Below are positions 1 through 8,723 of a stretch of DNA of 64,000 nucleotides, piece by piece. Position numbers and translations under genes: made by a program. The notes under the pieces were generated by a model that was not told the origin of the DNA, did no database searches, and saw only the letters and a program-made list of their open reading frames with translations. This stretch comes from Thermoanaerobaculia bacterium (GTDB lineage Bacteria > Acidobacteriota > Thermoanaerobaculia > UBA5066). Numbering within the stretch: position 1 is the stretch's first letter; each line of letters opens with the position of its first letter. The stretch is from contig JBBRRY010000002.1 in the NCBI GenBank assembly GCA_038245905.1, positions 128,001-192,000 of the forward strand, written 5' to 3'.

Positions 1-476
1 GACTCTCGTGGTTCGACCACGAGTGGGGCTCCGGGTCGATCGGCAAGGACAACGCGGGCTGGGACTGGTTCGCGGTCCACCTCGACGACGGGCGCGACCT
101 CATGCTCTACCGCCTGCGCGGAGCGGACGGCGGCGGCACGCCGTACTCGTCGGGAACGCTCGTCGAGAAAGGCGGCCGGGCGGTCTCGCTCGCCGCCGCG
201 GACTTCACGATCGACGAGACCGCCCGCTGGAAAAGCGCGCGAAGCGGGGGGAACTACCCGGCGCGGTGGGTCCTTCGGGTGCCGCGCGCGGGAATCGCCG
301 TGGAGGTCGTTCCGCTCGTCAAGGACCAGGAGCTCGTCACCGGGAAATCCACGCGCGTCACTTATTGGGAAGGCGCGTGCGACGTGACGGCTCCCGGCGG
401 CGGCTTGCCGCTCGGACGGGCGTACGTCGAGATGACCGGCTACGCGGGCACGGGCGCGCTCGGCGCTCTTCGCTGA
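1..476 (+). CDS. Lipocalin-like/AttH-CrtC family protein (5'-truncated by window edge)
   Basis: Frame from nt 3 reads SWFDHEWGS...GWDWFAVHLDDGRDLMLY...YPARW...DQEL...YWEGA...AYVEMTGY, typical of the C-terminal half of CrtC/AttH lipocalin-like proteins. Confidence 0.8.
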   Translation, partial: LSWFDHEWGSGSIGKDNAGWDWFAVHLDDGRDLMLYRLRGADGGGTPYSSGTLVEKGGRAVSLAAADFTIDETARWKSARSGGNYPARWVLRVPRAGIAVEVVPLVKDQELVTGKSTRVTYWEGACDVTAPGGGLPLGRAYVEMTGYAGTGALGALR

Positions 477-498
477 CGGACGGGCCCCGGACCGATCC

Positions 499-2016
499 TC
501 AACTTTTCGCCGCGAGCCGGCTCCGGCGCGCGCCGTAGAGGAAGTAGATGACGAGGCCGATCGCGAGCCAGATCCCGAAACGGATCCACGTGAGGACCGG
601 AAGGCCCGCCATCAGGACGAGGCACATCACGATCCCGAGAGCGGGCGTCACCGGCGAGAACGGGACCCGGAATTTTCGCGGGCGATCGGGCTCGCGGACG
701 CGCAGGATCAGGATCCCGACACACACGAGCACGAACGCGAAGAGCGTGCCGATGTTCGTGAGCTGGACGACCTCGTCGATGTTCGCGACGGCGGCGAAGA
801 AGGCCACGAAGATTCCCGTCAGAATCGTCGTCACGTAGGGTGTCCGGTACTTCGGGTGGATCTTCCCGAACCACGGGCCGAGGAGCCCGTCGCGCGACAT
901 CGCCATGAGGATGCGCGGCTGCCCGAGCTGAAAGACGAGGAGGACCGACGTCATCGCGACCACGGCGCCGAACGCGAGGATACCCGCGGCCCACCCCTGG
1001 TTCACGTACGTGAGCGCGGCCGCGAGCGGGTCGGCGACGCCTCCCAGCTTCGCGAACGGGATCATGCCGGTGAGAACGAGCGCCGCCGCGAGATAGAGGA
1101 CCGTGCAGATTGCCAGCGAGCCGAGGATTCCGCGCGGCATGTCGCGGCCGGGGTTCTCGCATTCCTCGGCGGCGGTCGAGATCGCGTCGAAGCCGATGTA
1201 TGCGAAGAAGATGAGGGAGGCTCCGGTCCAGACGCCGTGCAGGCCGCCGGGGAAGAACGGCTGCCAGTTCGCGGGCTTCACCCACATCGCGCCCACGACG
1301 ATGAAGAACAGCAGCGTCATGAGCTTCAGGACGACGATCACGTTGTTGAACCGCGCCGACTCCTTGACGCCGATGACGAGGATCCACGTGATCGCGGCCG
1401 TGATGACGACCGCGAGGAGATTGCAGACGATCGGGATCCCCGCGAGAACGGGGTGGTGCAGATGCGCCTCGTAGGCGAGCGCGTATTCGGGGCCGAGGCT
1501 CGCCACGCCGGACTCGGCGACGGCCTTGGCGGCGAGGACCGTCGAGCGGTAGTCCGTCGAAATCCACGCGGGGATTTGCACCCCGAAGCCGGTCATGAGC
1601 TGGCGGAAGTACGCGGCCCAGGAGATCGCGACGGCGATGTTCCCGACGGCGTACTCGATGATGAGGTCCCACCCGATGATCCACGCCACGAGCTCGCCGA
1701 GCGTCGCGTAGCTGTACGTGTAGGCCGAGCCCGCAACGGGCACGAGGCTCGCGAACTCCGCGTAGCAAAGCGCGCAGAAGCCGCAGGCCACGGCCGTGAG
1801 AAGGATCGAAACGGTCACGCCGGGCCCCGCGGGCGGGGCTCCCGTGCCGCCGGACGTCGCGCTCCCGAGCGTGGCGAAGATGCCGGCGCCGATGATCGCC
1901 CCGATGCCCAACGCCATCAGGTCGACCCAGTTGAGGGTCTTCTTGAGACCGTGAGCTTCGTCGCCGCCTTCGGCAATCAGGGCATCGATCGGCTTGCGCC
2001 GGAAAAGCGACGACAT
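499..2016 (-). CDS. APC-family amino acid permease
   Basis: GIGAIIGAGIF, YAEFAS..P.AGSAYTY, FFAYIGFD motifs; many TM helices; GAGAGGAGG RBS. Confidence 0.93.
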   Translation of the reverse strand: MSSLFRRKPIDALIAEGGDEAHGLKKTLNWVDLMALGIGAIIGAGIFATLGSATSGGTGAPPAGPGVTVSILLTAVACGFCALCYAEFASLVPVAGSAYTYSYATLGELVAWIIGWDLIIEYAVGNIAVAISWAAYFRQLMTGFGVQIPAWISTDYRSTVLAAKAVAESGVASLGPEYALAYEAHLHHPVLAGIPIVCNLLAVVITAAITWILVIGVKESARFNNVIVVLKLMTLLFFIVVGAMWVKPANWQPFFPGGLHGVWTGASLIFFAYIGFDAISTAAEECENPGRDMPRGILGSLAICTVLYLAAALVLTGMIPFAKLGGVADPLAAALTYVNQGWAAGILAFGAVVAMTSVLLVFQLGQPRILMAMSRDGLLGPWFGKIHPKYRTPYVTTILTGIFVAFFAAVANIDEVVQLTNIGTLFAFVLVCVGILILRVREPDRPRKFRVPFSPVTPALGIVMCLVLMAGLPVLTWIRFGIWLAIGLVIYFLYGARRSRLAAKS

Positions 2017-2072
2017 GCGGCCTCCTCTCGGGCAGTGAAAGATGCGGGAGTCCGGAGAGTTCGCGAGGGAGT

Positions 2073-2786
2073 CTAAGCGGTCAGGTGTCCGGCGACCCGG
2101 GCGGGCAGCTCGGCCAGGGACGCGATGGACTCGACCTCCGGAGGGCGGCGCCCTCCGCGGTCGACGAGGAGGGCATGGAGACCCGCCGCGCGGGCCCCGT
2201 GGTAGTCGTCCGTGAGCGAGTCTCCGACGTGCAGCGCGGCTCCGGCCTCCACGCCCGCGCGCCGGAGGGCCTCGTCGAAGATCCCGCGGTCCGGCTTGCT
2301 CACACCCACAACGGCCGACACGATGACGTCGTCGAACGAATCCCGTATCCCGAGGCGCGAGAGAAGCGTCGGCAGGCTGGAGTCCCAGTTCGACACCACG
2401 ACGAGCTTGACCCGCCTCGCGCGGAGGGCGGCCAGGACCTCGGGAACCTCGGGGTAGAGAGTCCAGTGAAGCTCTTCACGGAAGTGCGCGATGAGGTGCG
2501 CAAGAAGCGGCTCGGGCATCTCGCCGCCACCTACCCGCGCGAACACGGCCCCGACAAACCGCCGCCAGAATCCCGCCTCTCCGCCGGGCCCCTTCCAACG
2601 CACCTCTCCCCGCTCGCGAGCCGCATCCACCTCCCGCCATGTTGCGTGCACGGCGCCGTGCACGTCGTCGGCCGTCGCCTCCACGCCGTGCCGGGCGAAC
2701 GCGTCGCGATAGACGTGATCGACCGGCGGGTCCGCGGCGAGAAGGGTGTCTCCCGCGTCCAGGAAGACGGCTTCGATGCTTTTCAA
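2073..2786 (-). CDS. HAD-superfamily hydrolase (subfamily IA)
   Basis: FLDAGDTL motif I, VVSNWD motif II, KPD, HVGDS..DD motif IV. Confidence 0.88.
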   Translation of the reverse strand: MKSIEAVFLDAGDTLLAADPPVDHVYRDAFARHGVEATADDVHGAVHATWREVDAARERGEVRWKGPGGEAGFWRRFVGAVFARVGGGEMPEPLLAHLIAHFREELHWTLYPEVPEVLAALRARRVKLVVVSNWDSSLPTLLSRLGIRDSFDDVIVSAVVGVSKPDRGIFDEALRRAGVEAGAALHVGDSLTDDYHGARAAGLHALLVDRGGRRPPEVESIASLAELPARVAGHLTA

Positions 2787-2817
2787 GGCCGCCGGCAGGC
2801 CGCGCGATTTACAGGCG

Positions 2818-3603
2818 TCACCGCATCACCTGCCCGCCGTCGATCACGATGGCCTGTCCCGTCACGTTCTTCGCGTCCGGCGACGCGAGGTAGGCGACGA
2901 GGCCCGCGACTTCGGGGGGGGAAAGCACCTCGCCGAGAGGCGCCATCTTCCCCGCGAATGCAAACGCCTCCTCGACATTCTTCTGCATCGTCTTTCCCAT
3001 GCGCACGATCCCCGAGCGCCCCATGTCCGTGTCCACCCAGCCCGGGCACACCGCGTTCACGGTGATCCCGCGCGGCGCGAGCTCGAGCGCGAGAGAACGC
3101 GTGAGCCCGATGACCCCGTGCTTGGACGCGCTGTACGCGGCCATCCCGGCCACGCCGAATCGCCCCGTCACCGACGAGAGATTCACGATGCGCGCGCCGT
3201 CGGGCAGAAAGGGGCGCGCCGCGCGGCAGACGCGCCAGGTCCCGGTGAGATTCACGTCCAGGATCTCGGCCCAGACCTTGTCCGAGCGGACGTCTCCGTC
3301 GAAGGGCGTCGGGCCTCCGATCCCTGCGTTGTTCACGAGGATGTCGAGGCGGCGGTCGGGCCGCGCCGCCCGCTCGACGCCAGTCGCGACGGACGCCGCA
3401 TCTACGACGTCGAGGATGACCACCTGCGCGGAGCCGCCGGCGTTCGCGATCTCGGCCACGACGGCCGCGCCGTCGCTCTCGCGACGCGCGCCCACCGCGA
3501 CGTGCGCGCCCTCTGCCGCGAGTCGGAGCGCGATCGCGCGGCCGATTCCCTTGCCCGCGCCCGTGACGAGCGCCGTCTTTCCGAGGAGTCGTCCTTCCGG
3601 CAT
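2818..3603 (-). CDS. Short-chain dehydrogenase/reductase (SDR)
   Basis: TGAGKGIG, NNAG, YSASK, VCPGWVDT motifs; start reset to ATG at 3603 (GGAGG RBS). Confidence 0.92.
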   Translation of the reverse strand: MPEGRLLGKTALVTGAGKGIGRAIALRLAAEGAHVAVGARRESDGAAVVAEIANAGGSAQVVILDVVDAASVATGVERAARPDRRLDILVNNAGIGGPTPFDGDVRSDKVWAEILDVNLTGTWRVCRAARPFLPDGARIVNLSSVTGRFGVAGMAAYSASKHGVIGLTRSLALELAPRGITVNAVCPGWVDTDMGRSGIVRMGKTMQKNVEEAFAFAGKMAPLGEVLSPPEVAGLVAYLASPDAKNVTGQAIVIDGGQVMR

Positions 3604-3655
3604 GTGTCCTCCGGCCGGCGATTCTACGGGCGGCCGCCCCGAGTAAGATCGCAAA

Positions 3656-3898
3656 GTGAAGGTCGAGGTCCTGCTCTTCGCATCGCTAAGGGACGCCGTC
3701 GGAAGCACGATCGCCGTCGAGGTGGAAGAGCCGGCCACCGTGACGAGCCTCCGGCGCGCCCTCGAGGCCGCGCATCCCGTCCTTGCGCGCTTCGGGACGC
3801 GCGCGAAGCTCGCGATCAACGAGACGTGGGCGAAGGAAACGGATTCCATCGCACCCGGCGACACCGTCGCACTTCTTCCCCCGGTGGCGGGGGGCTGA
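3656..3898 (+). CDS. moaD: Molybdopterin synthase sulfur carrier subunit (MoaD/ThiS)
   Basis: 80 aa, VLLFASLRD N-terminus and PPVAGG C-terminal Gly-Gly. Confidence 0.88.
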   Translation: MKVEVLLFASLRDAVGSTIAVEVEEPATVTSLRRALEAAHPVLARFGTRAKLAINETWAKETDSIAPGDTVALLPPVAGG

Positions 3899-3905
3899 AG
3901 AACGG

Positions 3906-4673
3906 CTAAGCCAGCTTTAGGTCTTCGGCCAGGAGCGCGTAGTCGACGGCGCCGCGCGACGACCCGTCGAACTCGAAAATCGTCTTGCCGACCGACGGAG
4001 CCTCCGCCAGCGCCACGTTGATCCGGATGGGCGAGAGGATTTTCGTGAAGCGTTCTCTCAGCGTCTCGAGAAGCTCCGTGGAGACGGCCGTCCGGAGATC
4101 GTAGAACGTCGGCAGGACACCGTCGATGCGAATTGGCTTTTCGCGATGCGCGTTCGCTTCTTTCGCGAAGACGCGCGTCTTCTCGAGCGCCGGAAGCGAG
4201 AGGAAGTCGAGCTTCGCGGGAAGAATGAGCTCGTCCGCGACATGGTAGATGTTCTCGAGCAGGAGCGAGCCGGCCGGCGGACAGTCGAGGATGATCACCT
4301 CGTAGCCCTCGTCGTCGAGCGCCTCGAACCTCTTCCCGAGGCGCGTTCGCCGCTTCTCGGCTCCCTTTTCGCGAAACAGGTCCTCGACGGCGAGAAGCCG
4401 CTCTCCGGCCGGCAGGACGTCGAGGCTACCCCGCGCCGCGCGCACGACCGACGCGTCGAACGCGGCGTCCTTCGCGAGCCAGGCCGCGAGCCCGCGCGCC
4501 TCGGGCGGAAGTCCCAGCGAGGTCCCCACACTCCCCTGCGGATCCGCGTCGATGAGCAGCGTGCGGCGCCCCGCGCGGGCGGCCGCGGCCGCGAGATTCA
4601 CGGCGGTCGTCGTCTTCCCTACCCCGCCCTTGAGCGCGGAGATGGCCAGCACCCTGCGGCGGCGGATCGTCAT
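3906..4673 (-). CDS. ParA/Soj-family ATPase (orphan)
   Basis: KGGVGKTT deviant Walker A, IDADPQG, ILDCPP, LAEAPS.GK.IF; start reset to ATG 4673. Confidence 0.9.
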   Translation of the reverse strand: MTIRRRRVLAISALKGGVGKTTTAVNLAAAAARAGRRTLLIDADPQGSVGTSLGLPPEARGLAAWLAKDAAFDASVVRAARGSLDVLPAGERLLAVEDLFREKGAEKRRTRLGKRFEALDDEGYEVIILDCPPAGSLLLENIYHVADELILPAKLDFLSLPALEKTRVFAKEANAHREKPIRIDGVLPTFYDLRTAVSTELLETLRERFTKILSPIRINVALAEAPSVGKTIFEFDGSSRGAVDYALLAEDLKLA

Positions 4674-4708
4674 CGTTCGCTTTCGGCTCCCGGTCTTATC
4701 ATGGTTGG

Positions 4709-5146
4709 ATGTCCTTCCTCTCGTACGACCCCGTCGACCCCGGGTCCCTGCTCGACGCCGTGCGGCGGGATGGCGACGGGGGATTGGCCCTGTTCGTGGG
4801 AGTCGTGAGGGACCACAACGACGGCCGCAGCGTGGACCGCCTCGAATACGAGGCCTACGGCTCCATGGCCGAAAGGGAGATGGCCCGCATTGCCGAGGAG
4901 CTCGCCCGGGCACACCCGGAGGCCCAAGTCATTTTCCGCCATAGAGTTGGGGCCCTCAAGGTTGGCGAGGTCGCGGTCGCCGTCGTGGCGGCCGCCCCCC
5001 ACCGGTCCGAGGCATTCGCAGCTTGTCGCGCCGGAATCGAGGCCGTAAAGGCCCGCGTTCCGATCTGGAAACGGGAATTCGGCCCCACGGGAAGCACCTG
5101 GGTCGACCCCTGCGGCGAGGCTGGTCATGGCAACGAAAGTGATTGA
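4709..5146 (+). CDS. moaE: Molybdopterin synthase catalytic subunit
   Basis: F.G.VRDHN, LEYEAY..MA, HRVG.L.VGE, HR.EAF, PIWKRE motifs. Confidence 0.93.
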   Translation: MSFLSYDPVDPGSLLDAVRRDGDGGLALFVGVVRDHNDGRSVDRLEYEAYGSMAEREMARIAEELARAHPEAQVIFRHRVGALKVGEVAVAVVAAAPHRSEAFAACRAGIEAVKARVPIWKREFGPTGSTWVDPCGEAGHGNESD

Positions 5147-5180
5147 AAACTCAACCACTTCCTGCTAAAATCCCGCCTTC

Positions 5181-5804
5181 ATGTTTCTCGCTCTCAGGCG
5201 GATTCACGTTTCCGCAAGTGACTTTTCGCGCTCCCGCCGTTTTTATGGCGAGACTCTCAGCCTTCCCGAAGCGGGCGGCTTCGAGAACGACTGGGTCGAG
5301 TTCGCGTTGGGCCCTCTGCTCCTGAAGCTCGTCCCCCTCAGGCCGGGCGAAGTGCCCGCGCGCAATCAGGTGGCCGCGGTTTTCTCAACGTGGTCGCTGG
5401 ACGAGACGATTGCGAAGCTGAAGGAACGCGGCGTCACGGTGACCCGGCCCCCCGCGGACGAATTCACGGGCCGCTCGGCGGAGATTCTCGATCCCGACGG
5501 CTACCGGATCATCGTGTTTCAGGCGTCCGAGCTGCATCCCGACGAGGACTGGGTCCAGATGTCGCAGGTAGACGACCTCGTGAAACAGAAACTGCACGCG
5601 CGCAGAAAGCGGGAGCAGGCGCGCGCCGGCGGGCCGAAGAGCGGCGCCGGGAAGAAGAAACCCGCGAAGAAGCCGGCGCCGAAAAAGTCCTTCTCAAAAA
5701 AGGCTTCACCGAGAAGACCGGCCAGGAAGCCTGCCCCTCGGAAGGCCTCAAGGAAGGCTTCGAAGACGGTAGTGAAAAGAAGAGCCCCGAAGAAGAAAAA
5801 GTAA
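5181..5804 (+). CDS. VOC/glyoxalase-family protein with Lys/Ala/Pro-rich basic C-terminal tail
   Basis: SRRFYGETL.L and DPDGY VOC motifs; tail KKKPAKKPAPKKSFSKKAS...PKKKK. Confidence 0.75.
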   Translation: MFLALRRIHVSASDFSRSRRFYGETLSLPEAGGFENDWVEFALGPLLLKLVPLRPGEVPARNQVAAVFSTWSLDETIAKLKERGVTVTRPPADEFTGRSAEILDPDGYRIIVFQASELHPDEDWVQMSQVDDLVKQKLHARRKREQARAGGPKSGAGKKKPAKKPAPKKSFSKKASPRRPARKPAPRKASRKASKTVVKRRAPKKKK

Positions 5805-5904
5805 AAAAGAGAGAAACGCGCCGGCTCGAGCGGCGACGTCGTGACGGTTCGTCGTGGGATGACTTCCCGCGAGAACACTCCCTTCCGCTGGAAGGAGAGC
5901 CACG

Positions 5905-7017
5905 ATGACGACTCGACCCCCTCTTGCGCGCCTCCCTCGACGTTCCCTTCCTCTGAAACCCTCCGGTGCTCTCGTCGTGGCTCTCCTTCTGTTCGGCCTG
6001 GCGCCTTTCGCGGCGGCAGCGGACGGTGCTCCGGTGACGTCACCCGTGAGATCGTCCAGCGTCGAGGGAACGGTTTCGAAAGTCGTAGGCCCCATTCTCG
6101 ACCTCATCGAAGGCGGAATTCAGATAGACGTCACGCATGCCACGATCACGGGCGGTGACGATCGGCTCGCCAACCCTCTCCCGTGGTCCGGCATCTTCGC
6201 CGGCGCCCGGGTCGTCGCGCAGGTGACGGTGCCGGACGTTTACCCGGCCGTGTTTCCGCCTCCGCCGCTGGCGGCGACGAGAGTCGTCGTGTTTCAGGCG
6301 CGCGCGGGAGAGCTCTCGGGCACGATCCAGTCGGTGGACGTCGCGGGCGGGAAGTTCACGATGCTCATCCATACCGTCTTCACGAATGCGGGCACGAAAT
6401 GGTCCGGTGGCGGTCCGAACGGCGCCATCAAGGGGATCGGCGACCTCACGGCGGGCATGTTCGCGATCGTTGCCGTCGTGAATTCCGGCGGCCTCCTCGC
6501 GACGAGCGTCGAGGCCTACGGAACCATCACGCCGCCCGAGCTGATCGCGTTCCGTGGCCCGGTGCAGACCATCACCGCGACGCTCTGGACGGTCGCCGGC
6601 CGCGGCGTCACCGTGGATGCCGACACGAAGATCGTAGGGGACCCGAGGGTCGGCGACACCGTCGATGTTCTCGCTAAGGTCCATAACCCTCCGCCCGGAT
6701 CTCTCGCGCCCTCGTATCTCGTCGCGCTCTCGATCGTCAAATCCATCGTCATCGTCCCGCCGAGTCCGGGCGACCGCGCCGCGGAATTCGACGGCGCCGT
6801 CGAGTCGATCCCCCCGACCGCAGCTCCGGGCGCCGTGTCGTTCGGCCACTGGAAGATCGCCTCGCGTGACGTCGTCGTGAACGGGCTCACCAAGATCGAT
6901 TCGGGCATCGTCGTCGGGACGACCGTCCACGTGAAAGGTGTCTTCATGTTCGCGTCGGGAACGGGCGGAAGCCTCTTCTCGACACAGTTCGTCGCAACCG
7001 AGATCCGAAAAAAATAA
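5905..7017 (+). CDS. Secreted protein with repeated DUF5666-like beta domains
   Basis: Signal peptide; repeated G.V..I....W.V.G..V.V...TKI.....VG..V.V units; GAAGGAG RBS. Confidence 0.65.
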   Translation: MTTRPPLARLPRRSLPLKPSGALVVALLLFGLAPFAAAADGAPVTSPVRSSSVEGTVSKVVGPILDLIEGGIQIDVTHATITGGDDRLANPLPWSGIFAGARVVAQVTVPDVYPAVFPPPPLAATRVVVFQARAGELSGTIQSVDVAGGKFTMLIHTVFTNAGTKWSGGGPNGAIKGIGDLTAGMFAIVAVVNSGGLLATSVEAYGTITPPELIAFRGPVQTITATLWTVAGRGVTVDADTKIVGDPRVGDTVDVLAKVHNPPPGSLAPSYLVALSIVKSIVIVPPSPGDRAAEFDGAVESIPPTAAPGAVSFGHWKIASRDVVVNGLTKIDSGIVVGTTVHVKGVFMFASGTGGSLFSTQFVATEIRKK

Positions 7018-7040
7018 GCGGCGCGCGTTTTCGATTCCTC

Positions 7041-7074
7041 GCGGCGGGCCCCTCGGCCCGCCGCTCCTGATTTT
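7041..7074 (+). terminator. Hairpin, possible intrinsic terminator
   Basis: GCGGCGGGCC-CCTC-GGCCCGCCGC perfect 10-bp stem after the stop at 7017; weak downstream T-run. Confidence 0.45.
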
Positions 7075-7092
7075 CGGGTTACCCTTCGCCCC

Positions 7093-8280
7093 ATGAGCAC
7101 CAGCCTTACCGAGTTCTGCCGCCAGGAAATTGCCGCCCTGAAGGAAGCGAAGACCTGGAAGAAAGAGCGCGTGCTCGAGGGACCCACCGGGGCGCGCGTG
7201 CGGGTCGACGGCCGCGACGTCCTGATGCTCACCTCGAACAACTACCTCGGCTTCGCGAACCACCCGCGCATCGTGGAGGCCGCGACGAAGGCGCTTCAGA
7301 AGTGGGGCAACGGCCTCGGCTCCGTGCGCTTCATCTGCGGGACCCAGGCGCTTCACAAGGAGCTCGAGGCCACGATTTCGACGTTCTTCGGCACCGAGGA
7401 CACGATCCTCTACATGTCCTGCTGGAACGCGAACGAAGGGCTCTTCGCGCCGCTCCTCGCGGAGGAGGACGGCCTCCTCACGGACGCCCTCAACCACGCC
7501 TCGATCATCGACGGCGTGCGCCTCTGCAAGGCGAAGCGCTTCGTGACGCCGCACGGCGACCTTTCAGCCCTCGAGAAGGCGCTCCAGGAGGCGGCCCCGC
7601 TCCGGCGCCGCCTTTTCATCACGGACGGAGTCTTTTCCATGGAGGGCGAGATCGGACCGCTCCCCGCGTTCGCCGAGCTCTGCGAGAAGTACGACACGAC
7701 GTTCGTCGTGGACGATTCCCACGCGACGGGCGTCCTCGGGAAGACCGGGCGCGGCTCTGCCGAAGAGCTCGGCGTCATGAAACGCGTGAAGATCTTCACC
7801 TCGACTCTCGGGAAGGCGATGGGCTCGGCCGCGGGCGGTTTCACGACGGGCCCCGCGCCCGTCGTGGATCTCCTCCGCCAGCGCTCACGCACGTCCCTCT
7901 TCTCGAACGCGCTGCCTCCCGCGGTCGCGGCGGCTTCCCTCGAGGCCTTCAAGATGCTCATGGAGGATCCGTCCCCCGCGCATCGCGTCCAGAAGAACGC
8001 GCTCACGTTCCGGACGCGCATGAAGGCCGCCGGCTTCAAGATCCCCGACGGGATCCATCCCATCGTCCCCGTGATCGTCGGCGACACCGCGAAGGCCCTC
8101 GCGATGTCGGAGGCGCTCTTCCAGAAGGGCGTCTACGTCTCCGGTTTCGGGTTTCCCGTCGTCCCGCAGGGGCACGCGCGGCTGCGCTGTCAGATCTCCG
8201 CGGTCCACACGGAGGCCGACCTCGACGAGGCCGTCGACGCGTTCACGAAGGTCGGAAAGCAGTTCGACGCGATCGCCTAG
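7093..8280 (+). CDS. kbl: Glycine C-acetyltransferase (2-amino-3-ketobutyrate CoA ligase)
   Basis: SNNYLG, SVRFICGTQ, LNHASIIDG, TDGVFSMEG, DDSHATG, STLGKA(PLP Lys), FPVVPQG.AR. Confidence 0.92.
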   Translation: MSTSLTEFCRQEIAALKEAKTWKKERVLEGPTGARVRVDGRDVLMLTSNNYLGFANHPRIVEAATKALQKWGNGLGSVRFICGTQALHKELEATISTFFGTEDTILYMSCWNANEGLFAPLLAEEDGLLTDALNHASIIDGVRLCKAKRFVTPHGDLSALEKALQEAAPLRRRLFITDGVFSMEGEIGPLPAFAELCEKYDTTFVVDDSHATGVLGKTGRGSAEELGVMKRVKIFTSTLGKAMGSAAGGFTTGPAPVVDLLRQRSRTSLFSNALPPAVAAASLEAFKMLMEDPSPAHRVQKNALTFRTRMKAAGFKIPDGIHPIVPVIVGDTAKALAMSEALFQKGVYVSGFGFPVVPQGHARLRCQISAVHTEADLDEAVDAFTKVGKQFDAIA

Positions 8281-8666
8281 GGCACGACGCTCACGTGGAA
8301 GTGCGCTTCCACGGATTGCGGCTTGAAGGAGGCCGGGAGCGGATCGAACGGCGCCGCGGACTTTACGGCCTTCAGCGTCGCGTCGTCCCAGCCCTTCTTT
8401 CCGGACTTCAACGACACGATCGCGGAAACGAGAGCGCCGTCCCGGCCGATGACCGCCTGGACGACCGTCTTCCTGCCGACCTCGGGGATTCTGGACGCGC
8501 CCGGCGCCTTCCATTTCTTCGCCACCCGGTCGAACGCCTGCTTCTGGTAGGCGGCGTCCGTGAGGTTGCTCTGGAAGTAGACCTTGAGCTCCGGACGGCC
8601 CGCGGCGAGAGCCGAACCCGTCAGGCCGGCGGCAACGAGGAACGCACCCAGGACCTTCAGCGACAT
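8277..8666 (-). CDS. Secreted stand-alone TonB/TolA C-terminal domain protein
   Basis: Signal peptide; I.RDG.L......KSG...WDDA.LKAV..AAPF.PLP signature. Confidence 0.75.
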   Translation of the reverse strand: MSLKVLGAFLVAAGLTGSALAAGRPELKVYFQSNLTDAAYQKQAFDRVAKKWKAPGASRIPEVGRKTVVQAVIGRDGALVSAIVSLKSGKKGWDDATLKAVKSAAPFDPLPASFKPQSVEAHFHVSVVP

Positions 8667-8723
8667 GTCGCGGCACGATAGACCACCCGCGCCCGGGTCC
8701 CAAGCCCGCGGTAACCTTCCGCC

